Translations under genes and position numbers: made by a program
Notes under the pieces: generated by a model
Told to the model about the DNA's origin: nothing
Database searches by the model: none
The model's input: the letters and a program-made list of their open reading frames with translations, nothing else
Source of the DNA: Thelocarpon superellum
Lineage: Eukaryota
Direction of reading: 5' to 3'
NCBI GenBank assembly: GCA_026025795.1
Contig: JAPEUG010000134.1
Location: 1 to 38,544, forward strand
DNA length: 38,544 nucleotides
Part shown: positions 11,806-22,500 of the stretch, piece by piece
Position numbering within the stretch: position 1 is the first letter of the stretch
How the letters are laid out: each line of letters starts with the position of its first letter

Positions 11806-12617
11806 ACAGTATTCACCTACTTTCCACCCACACCTACTTTCCACCCACACCTACTTTCCACCCACTTCTGGGTAACCTTAAATTTTCAACCACACCTAGA
11901 TGGCAACAATCAACTTTTGTTCTTTAATAACTTAACAACCATATATACTATAGTCTTCAAATGAGAATGGTGTATACTTTAAAATATAGACTTTCATATT
12001 CTATAATAAGAAATAATATTGTTGAAATATTGCAGAAGCTAAATACATCTCTAGACTTTTTCCTCTTTTTCCTCTTATCTTTCTAGTCTTTCTGTTGCTG
12101 CTAGATAATCTAGTAGTTGAATACTAGATTCTTCAAGATTCTTTTCTTCTTCTTCTTTTGCTTTTCCTTTCCCCTTATTCAATTTCCTTTTCTTAGTCTT
12201 AAATTGTCTTCTAGACAATTTAATATCCTCACTTCCTAATACTCTTTTAGGTGATATAGTTGGATTTGAGACTTGAAACTTCTTAGAATCAATCTTATAT
12301 TTATTAAGAAGTTACATACCTGATTTGAGCCAAATTGGTCCAGTGGATAAAAAGTTATAGGTATGCAAAGTGGGTAGAGAGGGGGCTAGGAACATATATT
12401 TGAGGTGGCAAATTTGAGAGATTTCTAATAACTTTGTCAATACTTGTTAGAACATCATCAACCTAGGTTCAAATGATAGCTCAAGGTCTTGTCTACTTAC
12501 ATCTTTGAGGATTGATAAGTAGAAGCTGTGGTGGTGGAGTTGTAGCTGATTGTGGAGGTAGGGTTAAGAGAAAAGTGGGTGGAAAGTAGGTGTGGGTGGA
12601 AAGTAGGTGAATACTGT
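11806..12617. mobile_element. Non-autonomous TIR DNA transposon (Tc1/mariner superfamily, pogo/Fot1-like), AT-rich and hypermutated
   Basis: Perfect 43-bp TIRs ACAGTATTCACCTACTTTCCACCCACACCTACTTTCCACCCAC (11806-11848; reverse complement 12575-12617). TA on both sides (11804-11805, 12618-12619). The 17-bp unit CACCTACTTTCCACCCA occurs x3 at the left end and x2 at the right end. The interior is strongly AT-rich with no intact transposase. Confidence 0.9.
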
Positions 12618-13335
12618 TAGTCATGGTGACTATTAACTATAGCACTCGTACCGACACTGATAGTACAAAGTACCGACACGTCGTTCCACCCATCTCAACG
12701 TGAGACGGGAATTGTGACAGCATCGACCGGGCATAATCTGGCTGGCGTGAGCTCAATCCTGGATCTGTGCGATACAACGCTTGCTAAAGAGATCATTAGC
12801 TACTGGTAGGGACTCGGGACTGAACACCAAGCCCCTTGATAGTTGCCATGCCAAAATTGGCCCCGCACCTGGACCCACCAACACCCTGATTGGCTTTCCA
12901 TCAACGGCTGGGACTCATTCGTTGGTACTTGGCCCTACGTCCGACCTCCATCAGGCCGATCAGCTGGAACCATCAGGCGCTCGGCTTCAGGTGAAATTCC
13001 CAGGCTCTTCGTCATCTTGCGCGTCTTGTGCCATGACCATATTCGCCGGGCTTGTTCCGTGATCTCCGCGGGTAACAATCCGCGGGATCTTCAACGGGGA
13101 CCAATCTATCCCTAGTCGGCGGTCGTTTGACCGGGATTTGAACTCAAGATGGAGTGTCGACTATTAATACGGCCTCCATCGCCCGTCTTTCTCGCCATCT
13201 CTGGGCTCTCCGCGCACTCTCTTTACCGGTTCTGCGAACCTTTCAATTCGACTTTCTCTTCTTGTATATTGTTCTTACTCCAGGCGAGTCCCACTTCACC
13301 TGTCGATCATTCAAGTTCTCCATTTTGCATCCACC

Positions 13336-14733
13336 ATGAAGTCCGGAACCGCCATCTCTCTCATTGCCTTCTTCGGCTGGGCCACGGCCGCCCCGACAAA
13401 GTTGCAGGCGCGTGAAGTGCCTCAGGAGCACTCGCACGAGCAGTTTCTCACCACGGTCCGGGCCTCGCTGCAGAGCAACAACCCTGCTGGCATCATGGAC
13501 CCCGTCTTTGGACTTCTCGGCGATGCCGCCGCAGCCGGCGGAAAGGGATCCATCGCGGACGTCGAGTGCCTGCAGCAGGCCACGGCGGATCAGGCTTTTA
13601 CCAATGCCAAGGCGGCGGGCGACGTCAACGGCATGACGGCTGCTCTGGTCTACCGTGCGCTTGAGAGGAACACCGGCAAGGTCGGACTGGCTAGCAACGC
13701 GTGCACGTCCATCAAGGCCATCAACCCTGAGATTGCCGCCATCTCCCAGCACCAAGACCCCGCCTCGGCCAATGCGGCGGCTACCAACAAAGCCATCGCT
13801 CTCGCGCTGGCCAAGCAGATTGAGTCAGTTGGCGGCGATGCTCAGACGGCTCTCAAGTCAGGCACCTTCAAGCCCGGCTCTACCTCTGATCTCACGGGCA
13901 AGGGGAATACGTGTGATACGCAGGGTGACGCAGAAGGCTGCATATTTTCCCAGAACCTGCTCGTCGAAGATGCCACAGCCGCCGAGGTGAGCGCTGCCGC
14001 CGGCGGTGCGGCTGCGAGTGCTCCGGCCGCCTCCGCCGCCGTGGCTACAGCTGCGGCCGCCACATCGGCTGCATCCTCGGTAGCAGCAGCGACGGGAAAC
14101 AACGTGCAAACCTTTACCGGAACCCTCGGTGGCGCGGCGCCGCCTGTGATCAACACTGGGGGCGCCCGACCATTCTCCACAGACGGCAGCACTTTTGTCA
14201 ACCTTGCGGCGGCCAATCAACGTAGCTGCTCCGTCCAGAACAACGCCTGTGCCGATGCAGTTAATCGCGGAACACTCAAGAGCACTGTGGCACAGTGCCA
14301 GGCTCAGCAGGCTGCCTGCGATGCCGTTACTGCTGTAGCTGCTCCCGCGACTACAGCCACCTCTGGCGGTGCAGCTGCTGCGAGCTCATCGGCCGCCGAT
14401 GCTGCCGTGGCTGCCGCTCCGGCCGCTTCATCCGCTTCATCGGGTCAGTCCAAAGCTGCTCCGACTACCGCATCCGCAGCGACCGGGAAAAACGTGCAAA
14501 CCTTCACTGGCACTCTTGGTGGCGCTGCGCCGCCTGTGATCAACTCTGGAGGCGCCCGACCATTCTCCACGGACGGTAGCACTTTTGTCAACCTTGCGGC
14601 GGCCAATCAGCGTAGCTGCTCCGTCCAGAACAACGCCTGTGCCGATGCAGTTAATCGCGGAACACTCAAGAGCACCCTGGCGCAGTGTCAGGCCCAGCAG
14701 GCCGCCTGCAACGCCGTCGACGGATCCTCCTAA
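13336..14733 (+). CDS. Secreted Ala/Thr-rich fungal protein with an N-terminal PQEHSH domain and two Cys-containing C-terminal repeats (putative cell-wall/extracellular protein, function unknown)
   Basis: Intronless 465-aa ORF with strong codon bias and a CACCATG start context. Signal peptide MKSGTAISLIAFFGWATA followed by ..AREVPQEHSH. Two ~75-aa repeats NVQTFTGTLGG...RPF...TFVN...QRSC..Q.NACA...QC..QQ.AC. Confidence 0.85.
   Translation: MKSGTAISLIAFFGWATAAPTKLQAREVPQEHSHEQFLTTVRASLQSNNPAGIMDPVFGLLGDAAAAGGKGSIADVECLQQATADQAFTNAKAAGDVNGMTAALVYRALERNTGKVGLASNACTSIKAINPEIAAISQHQDPASANAAATNKAIALALAKQIESVGGDAQTALKSGTFKPGSTSDLTGKGNTCDTQGDAEGCIFSQNLLVEDATAAEVSAAAGGAAASAPAASAAVATAAAATSAASSVAAATGNNVQTFTGTLGGAAPPVINTGGARPFSTDGSTFVNLAAANQRSCSVQNNACADAVNRGTLKSTVAQCQAQQAACDAVTAVAAPATTATSGGAAAASSSAADAAVAAAPAASSASSGQSKAAPTTASAATGKNVQTFTGTLGGAAPPVINSGGARPFSTDGSTFVNLAAANQRSCSVQNNACADAVNRGTLKSTLAQCQAQQAACNAVDGSS
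14089..14718 (+). repeat. Intragenic tandem domain duplication (two ~240-bp copies, offset 390 bp)
   Basis: About 14089-14328 aligns with about 14479-14718 at both DNA and protein level. Confidence 0.9.
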
Positions 14734-15344
14734 GTGGAAGAGATTCCTCCATCGGGGCTGGTTCCCGGGGGGACTGGACGAGGATGCTGAAAAGGGAATG
14801 GAAACATGTTGTCCGTTGAAGTGATGTTCTTACGAGAAAAGCATACGGAAATGATCTGTTCTTTGACCCAACGACTTTCGGTTGATAGCCACCAGCGCAA
14901 GGAGAGGCGGTTTCAACAGGACGGAGCAAATGCCCCGATCCGAAACTTTTGATGTTTTGCTGCTCTGATTCCTAGGGGCGGCTAGACAAGTAAGAGTCGA
15001 TGCATCTGATCACCTAAACTTTTAACAGAGACGTCTCCGTATTGCCTCAGAGAAAGGAAAGCAGTTGGGGCGGGGGGAAAGCCATGGAGGCCCTCGGATA
15101 TTGAGGGTGCAACTCATCAGTGTAGTAGAGAAGCGAGACCGCCGCTTCAGCGTGTAAGATAATCCATTCGGCATCTCCACCACCCCCATACCCTTTCCAT
15201 CCCAACCCGACAGCTCGTCAGACCCAGCGCAACGCTCTTCGGTGTCAACAAGCCTCGCCAGACGAATTGCCTATGATGGCCGGTCGCCCTCCGAAGGTGA
15301 CGTGACCCAATGGATGGGCCAAGGTCCGTTGCCTAGTCTGCTCG

Positions 15345-17838
15345 ATGCTTGCCCGCCAGTCGGCCAGCTGCAGAGCTGCGTCCAAGATCGCCCCCACCCC
15401 CAGCGAGACCATCTGGATTACGGATGCTCTGCTGGAGCAGACGTTGAGTCGATTTGCTGTTAGATCCACCATCCGTTCTCGACGTCATGAGAGCTCGGTG
15501 CCGGGCCCGCTGGAGGCGCAGAAGCGTCTGGCCAAGCGACGGATGATGAACCTCACTCACGTCGGAAGCGGTCCGTTCGTTGACCTCGACCCATCGTTGC
15601 GGAAAGGCGACGCTCCGAAGCAGGGACAATGGACATGGGAAAACCCTAGCCATTCTCGTGCCTCGAATAAAGCGGAGACGAGAGGTATGTGATCCTGTCG
15701 GCCCATCACCCCAATGGCTGGACTGACTTTAACCAGCGGTGCCGGCGTTACCCTTGTGGTTGACGGATTATATCCCCATGAACGAGCGTCCAACAGCGGA
15801 CAACTCTACGGGCGTGACAGCGGAAGCGGTGAAGGAGGTCCCCCATGAGTCGGCCGTACGGTCAGCGGACGACTTCGCTGCATTCCAAAAGCGCCTCCAT
15901 TCCGCGACGACCGCCGACGAGATCCGGCAGCTCGTGTCCCGCTGTCGGTCGACGCTGGCGACCCAACCTGTCTCGAATGCCAGCTTCGCTGTCTTTCAAC
16001 GACTTCACGACATACGAGCGAGCTACCGAGATGTCCTCGACTTTTTCACCGATCCCATTCTTCACCAACCCGACTCCGGCGTGCTCGGCCGACTCCTGGC
16101 TTATGAGAAGCACCGAAAGGACGCCTCGGAGGAGACATATCGGGCCCTTCAGTATATGCTCCGCGAGCTGTTAAGGCTTGGTCTCGCTTCGGATGCAGAG
16201 ATACGGGCGATGCTGGCCCAGGTGCCGCACATCACTGCCCATGTCTACCCGTCACGGGAAGAACGTGGAGAGGCGGTGAAATCGTTTCTCCATTTGATTT
16301 ACGACAGTATCAATTCGTGCGCCGTCCTGAAGATCGCTAGCCTTCAAGGCTCGACGCTTGACGCTCTGCTCACGCGAGTGGCCCAACTACCACTTCCCAC
16401 GGAAGCCCACGACCTTGCTCGCTCGATCCTCGCCTCGGCCACGACTTCTCAATTGGAGCACATGAGCGACGCTGCATCGACCTTCTTCTCGCGTTCGTTG
16501 CTCTATACCGCCACGGTTGCCGGAGCGGACCGATCCCCGACGCGATTGATTCCCGTCCCGACTATGGCCGAGACTCTTGGCCGCTTTCCGCCCCCACACG
16601 CCTTGGCTTTGATCTCCTCCGTGACGGGCAAGCTCCGCGCCAGACAGCGGTCGAACTCGAAAAATCCAGCCGCAGCTGCGATGACTCGAGCGTGGGTCGC
16701 GACAGTGCTCGAGTATGGCGAGCGGTCAAACGTGGAGCTTGTGACCCGCCCAGAGTGGCACCGAACGGAATGCCTCTTGCCCAAACCCCTTCGATTGGAA
16801 GGCGTGCTTCCACATCTCGGTCGACTTCCCCCGCAACGTGTGGCCAAGTTCGTGATGGATCACTCAGTCCGGCGTGAATTGATACGTTGCTCTCGCCTCA
16901 ACGCACAACAGCCACACGTATATCAATCCGTCCTGGGGCGGCTTAAGGAACTCTCTCAGGAGGACGAATCCGCGGAGGGTGACAACGCATGTGCGAACAT
17001 TGTGCTAGCATTACGACACGCCCAGCAGCCCTACGTGAAGACACTTGAATACATCTACCGGACACTAAGAGCGCTGTCTCTCTTCCCAGAGATCGTCCAT
17101 ACCACGAAAATCCTCACCCAGCAAGGCATCCAGATCCCAAGCGCGGTCCTACAACAGGAGATGCACCTTCTCAATGATTTGAGCCCGCCCACCGCCCTAC
17201 AACTCTTTATCCACAGGCAACGTGCCTATCCAAGCAATACGTCCCTCGAAGCATGTCGATCGCTGATATCAAGCTGGATCAACGACCCCCGCGTCCACCC
17301 ACAGGTACCTTACCAGATCCTTCTCAACAGCTCCAATCCACACACGTCGTTCGAGTCCCAACCTCCCAACCTCCGCCCCGCCCCGCGCCTCGACCCGTCC
17401 CGGCTCGACCTCGTCGAACGCATGGCCGTGGCTTTCGCGTACGCCACGCATCTTCGACCACGCGTCGCCTACCGCTATGCGCACCGCTGCAGCCGCTACG
17501 TCGTGGCGCATCGGACGCGGCTGACGGCTCCGCTAACACGCGCGCTCACGCATGCGGGCATCACGCGCTCGCTGCAGCAGGGCGACTGGGTGCCCACGAC
17601 CCGGTTACAGTATATCCTGCACCAGGTGCGCACGATCGAGGGCGCCCCGGCCGCTGCGGATCTCGACGAGCTCGTCCTCCATTGGCGCGACGACGTGGCG
17701 GCCGCAGCGAAGATGGAGCGTCTGCGCCCGGCGAGTATGGGGATAAAAAAGGCTGCGTCTCCCGCGCTCCCTGCCCCGATCATCAAGCGCGTACGAGGGC
17801 CGATGAAGTCGAGGTATGCGCCGAGGAGACTGGGGTGA
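15345..17838 (+). CDS. Conserved fungal hypothetical protein (~810 aa), possibly mitochondrial and helical-repeat
   Basis: Exon 1 (15345-15684; MLARQSASCRAASK... Arg/Ser-rich N-terminus with RHESSVPGPLEAQKRLAKRRM) splices in frame through intron 15685-15736 (GTATGT...CTGAC...CAG) to the long ORF ending TGA 17838. Function not recognised. Confidence 0.75.
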
Positions 17839-17993
17839 GGGTAGTGCAACAGCGACTACAACCACGATTACGGTGGGCACGCAGCCTTCGTTCGCGCGTG
17901 GTGTGGATTCGTCCCGGTGACCTGGCCCTGTTCGGTACTCTATGCCATACGATATGCTACAATACAATACATGACCAGGAAGACCGACGGTCG

Positions 17994-18966
17994 CTAATCG
18001 ACGTCCATCTTCTCGGCCACCTGGCCTGGATCGTCGCCGGCGGCGCCAGTCTGCAGCTCGTGCACGGTGACGTACTTGCTGATCTCCTCGCGGGTGATGA
18101 TCTTCTCTTTGAGCACGGCAGTGGTGCCGCGCTTGAAGATGTAGCTGCGCTGTTTCTGCTCGCGCTGGTTGGGCATGATGAAGTTGCGCAGCAGCGTCGT
18201 CTTGTCGGCCGTGATGACGCACACGTCGACGTTGGAGCCCGAGCCCAGATCGTTGAAGATGCCGGCTTTGATGGCCTCGGCCGTCAGGGCCACGGCTTCG
18301 TCGCGCGAGAGCTTCGGCTTCCATTGCGTCTCGAAGACGGACATGGCCGCCAGCGATCCGCTGCCCATCGTCACGTAGGGCAGCTTGTCCGTGCTGCCGT
18401 GCGCGTGGACTGTGAAGAGCCCGACGCCCGTCGGGTCGACGCCCGCCACCACCAGGTAAGCGCCGATGTGGCCTTGGTGGCGGAAGAGGTGCTGCTTCAA
18501 CATCGTCATGCATGTCACCACTCGCGGCTTGCGGCCCGTCGAGAGGGCATGGAGCTCCAGCTGCGACGAGATGAGGGCCGTGGTGAACTCCGTATCCGCT
18601 GCCGTTCCTGCGCCGGCGCACCAAATCTGAGGCGCGATGTAGTGCAGTTTCTCACAGTTCTGACTCGCACGTAGCATCAGTCGTCGGCTTCGGCGGAGGT
18701 GGGTGGGCCACGAATCAGGTTGACACTCACCTTGTCTGCCACGATCGGTCCGCTCGTGGCTCTGGTGTCTGCTGCGATCTGGAAAGCGAGTCAGATAAGC
18801 TGGTGATGGAAAGACTCATCCTTCTCCACACGGAACGTACCACAACGCCACCATCATAGATGCACCCCACGATGGTCGTCCCCGTGCTCGTCGCCTTTGG
18901 GAGCGGCACCCCTCGTGCATGGAGCGCAGCATTGCGGTTGTGGTTTGAGAAGTCGAAGCCCGGCAT
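17994..18966 (-). CDS. PUP1: 20S proteasome subunit beta type-2 (trypsin-like), 3 exons
   Basis: Propeptide [12 protein letters not shown]...KATSTG followed by catalytic [49 protein letters not shown] and [12 protein letters not shown]. Introns 18840-18779 and 18730-18660. Confidence 0.96.
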
Positions 18967-19572
18967 GGTGTTGGCGGAGCTCCGACAGAGCTCGAGCTAA
19001 TGTCGAAGACTCGATAGGCGGCCGACTCTTCGTATGTGAGCCGTCGATGTTGCTGTCGTGGTCTTCGGGGAGAGGTTGGCTGGAGACCGGGACAATGAGC
19101 AGACGCGGCAACTGATGCCTTACTCCCTCCACGACTTCTCGTAAGCTACCGCTGGCTTCTGTGCTGGCCCGCTCCTGGTAAGTCACGTGGCAGCAAGGTA
19201 CGCCGGAGAAATAGTTGGGCGCTATGGCACGCCAAAGCTGTTCCGAGTCGACGAGCAAAGTTCACTATGTTACTGCTCGCTACTATGTTACTTACGTTAC
19301 TTGCACTAACATACTGAGCGCAGAAGCAAAGTGTTGCTTTCGACATTGGGCAGCCGTTTGACGGCGGTCCGGCTGATGTGACGATTCGAAGAATGTGCGA
19401 GTCGGAGTGAATAAGCCCCTCACAACCCACGCACTCTTCATCGTCCGGCGCTCCTGGAGACATGTCTGACTTACTCTCTCCTGCCTCCTATCCTGCCTAC
19501 CATTCTTCTTTCAACAACGCCTGACCTGCTTCGCAAGCTCATCTCCAGCTCGCATCGCAGCCCGGGTGTGTC
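18967..19572. promoter_or_regulatory. Bidirectional promoter region between PUP1 and NUP159
   Basis: Head-to-head ATGs about 600 bp apart. Contains GTCACGTG (E-box, 19181-19188) and a repeated ACTATGTTACT motif (about 19264-19292). Confidence 0.55.
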
Positions 19573-22500
19573 ATGGCCTTCAGCTTTGGCGGCGCCGCTC
19601 CGTCAGCTCCGCCCTTTGGTGGGAGCGTGAGCATGCAGGGAGGCGGTAGCCAGGTCCAGATGGGCCCGGACTTGGAGGAGATTCAAGCCGAAGTACGTGG
19701 AACCCACCTCCCGGCTCCGTCCCACGGCAGATGCTGATGCCCCTCCGCTCCAGGGTCTCGGTTTCTTGGCCCTGTCCGCCGAGCGAAAGCTACGATTACT
19801 GCCAACACCATGGTCGACCGACGCCCTACCTCCGCCGACCGCATCCCTTCTCAGCATCGCCTCGGCCAAGGGTCTCGTCGCCGCTGCCGGGCCCGACGCG
19901 CTGGTCCTGGCCAGCACCGATGCCCTCCGTGCCGCATTCACCCGCGAGACTTCCGGCGATGTCTCCACCATCGCCTTCGACCCACAACTGAAGATCCCCA
20001 TGCAGATGCGTATCTCGCAGGTCACCTTTTCCTCCGACGATCAATATCTCGTCATCTCGGCCGAGCAGGGCGGAGGTCTGGCCGTCTACGAGGTCGAGGC
20101 CCTCATGCAGGGCAACATCTCGACCGCCTTCGAGCTGCCCACCAACGGCACCGCCCTGCGTGCTCTCAGCCCCAACCCGATGCGCGAGCGTGCCGAGCTC
20201 TTCGCTGCCGTGGGCATCAATGGGGATCTCATGATGGCCAATCTCAAGGAGCGCCGCTTTCTCTCGGGACCCTCAGGGCCCGTCCTGAAACAGGGCGTGA
20301 GCTGCGTCTCGTGGAGTACGCGGGGCAAGCAGCTCGTCGCAGGCCTCGGTGATGGCACCGCCTACCAGATGACCCCCGAGGGCGAGGGAAAGGCGGAGCT
20401 GCCTCGACCCCCCGGCCTTGATGGCAGCCAGCACGTGTCGTCGCTAAGTTGGCTCGATAACAATCTCTTCTTGGTCGTACATACGTCGACCGCCTTCGAC
20501 CCCTCCAGCGCCCCCTCTTCTACCTTTCATCTCCTTACTCGTCAACCGCCGTCGAGCTTCGTCTTTCAGAAGCTCGCAGACCCCTGCCCGCCCTACGGTT
20601 TGAACCGCTCTCCGCCCAGCCACTTTGTCCTGCGCTTGCGAGACTTTCCCCCCAGCCTCCAGGATATTTTGGTCATCTCGTCCACTGCTTCCACCGATGT
20701 CGGATTGATGACCCGGGCAAAAGCGCCTCTAGCGAGCGACGTCCCGGCCGAGAAGATCACCGGCGTCTTCACCGCCACCGGCATTGCCAATGACTCGCGC
20801 CGCGCTCAGCTGCCCATGACCGACGACATGAATGATACCTCGCCCATCGGCATGACTCTCGACCTGTCCAGTCGTGACCCCGTCCTGCGCCCGATTGTGG
20901 GCGAGGAGATTGAGAATTCCCCTACGCCCCTGCCCGCCATGATGATGCTCAACAACGAAGGCGTCATCGTTGCCTGGTGGGTCATCTATTCCGAATCCAT
21001 TCGGCAGGGAATCGCCTATCCTGGCCTGGTCGCGGCGGCTCCCGCGTCGAATCAAGCGTCCACCTTCGGCACGCCCTCCATGGGCAAAAAACCAGCTGCT
21101 TTTGCATCACCAACGCCAGCCATGGCGCCATCAACCGGTGCGTTTGGAACGTCGTCTGGACTGGGAAGCAAGCCTTCACCCTGGGCCTCCGCCGCGGCGC
21201 CGGGAGGTGCATCCACCAATGCCCCAACCTTTGGCGCGCCCGCCTTTGGCTCGTCTACACCTATGGGTATGGGTGCGCGAGGGGCAGCCTTTGGCAGTGC
21301 GAGCGTTCCGGGCGGACAATCGTCGCCCTGGTCAACCACGTCAGCATCGCCATCGACCGGCTCGGCGGCCTTTGGGCAGACGGCGACTCTCGGTATGAGA
21401 ACGGGGCCGGTCTTTGGGGGCGGAGCAGGGACCGGTGCCTTTGGGAGTAGTGACGCGAAGCCTCTCGCCGCGCCAAGCTCGGGTGGCTTCGGATCCTACG
21501 CGAATCAAGGAGGTTTTGCAGCCGCCGCCGCCGTTCCCGCCACAAACGGAGGGAGCATTTTTGGCAAGCAGGATGCCACCCCGGCGTCAGGCACATCTGC
21601 CGTCTTTGGAACGCCTGCATCGGAGAAGCCAAATAACACAGGCACGGGCGTCTTTGGTTCTGCAACACAAGGCTTCACTCTAAATTCCTCTTTCAAAGGG
21701 GATGGCACGGCAAAGGACGACGCGCCGAAGCCCAACAGCACCTCGGGAACGTCGCTGTTTGGATCAGGCTTCGGCGCCGCCCTTGGCGACGCGGCTGCCA
21801 ATGGTCCGTCGTCGCCTCAGATTCAAGAGGCCGACATGGACTCGGACAGTATGGACAGCGGCATCGACACCGACGCACGTGATGCGACTGTACCCGTACC
21901 TGCCGGAAAGTTGATCACGATGCCAGAGGCGTCGACCGCAGTGCTAAAGCCGATGGATCCGCCGCTACCTCCCGCGCCACTCCCGCCGTCGCCCAAGATC
22001 AAACCCGAGCCGCGGCCGGATGACGAATCTGAGCCGGGCATGCCGGCTCCTAAGTTGCCTGACGCGCCCCTCCCACCCGATACCATTAGCAAGACCTCGT
22101 TCGCCGCAGGCGATTCGTCCTCCTCTGCGGCCACCAGTAAGACCGGGGCCGACGATGCACCGCTACCCCCCGACTTTATTCCGGCTAAACTGGCCCCCCA
22201 ATCTGCCAAGCCGGCGGACCATGACTTCGCGCTGCCCTCGACCGAGGATGACGGGCTAGACGAGGAAGGTAGCGGCGTCGACGTAGCCCAGGACCTCAGC
22301 CCGGTGACCGAATCGGCGCGCAGTCCCAAGATGACCCCACAAAGCTCTTTTGGCGGCTCGATCGATCGCAGCCCGCTTGGTGGATCTTTTACCAAAGTCG
22401 GCCCTTCGGTCCTAGCGCCAGCCCCCCGGCCCTTGTTCGGCGAGATCAGCAATAGTTCTATCCCGTATTTGCCGCCGCCGTCCCGGGTGCCACCCAGCCC

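Noticed and set aside
12404..12412. Perfect Rpn4/PACE motif GGTGGCAAA
   Set aside because: It lies inside the transposon, over 6 kb from the PUP1 start and on the gene's 3' side; most likely chance.
13064..13086. NirA-like CTCCGCGG and tandem TCCGCGGG (another CTCCGCGG near 28722)
   Set aside because: Short GC-rich motifs are expected by chance in this genome and are not next to the nitrate transporter.
17253..18674. 473-aa plus-strand ORF overlapping the hypothetical gene and antisense to PUP1
   Set aside because: Shadow ORF caused by high GC3 codon bias. It has no recognisable motifs and is fully explained by the two real genes.
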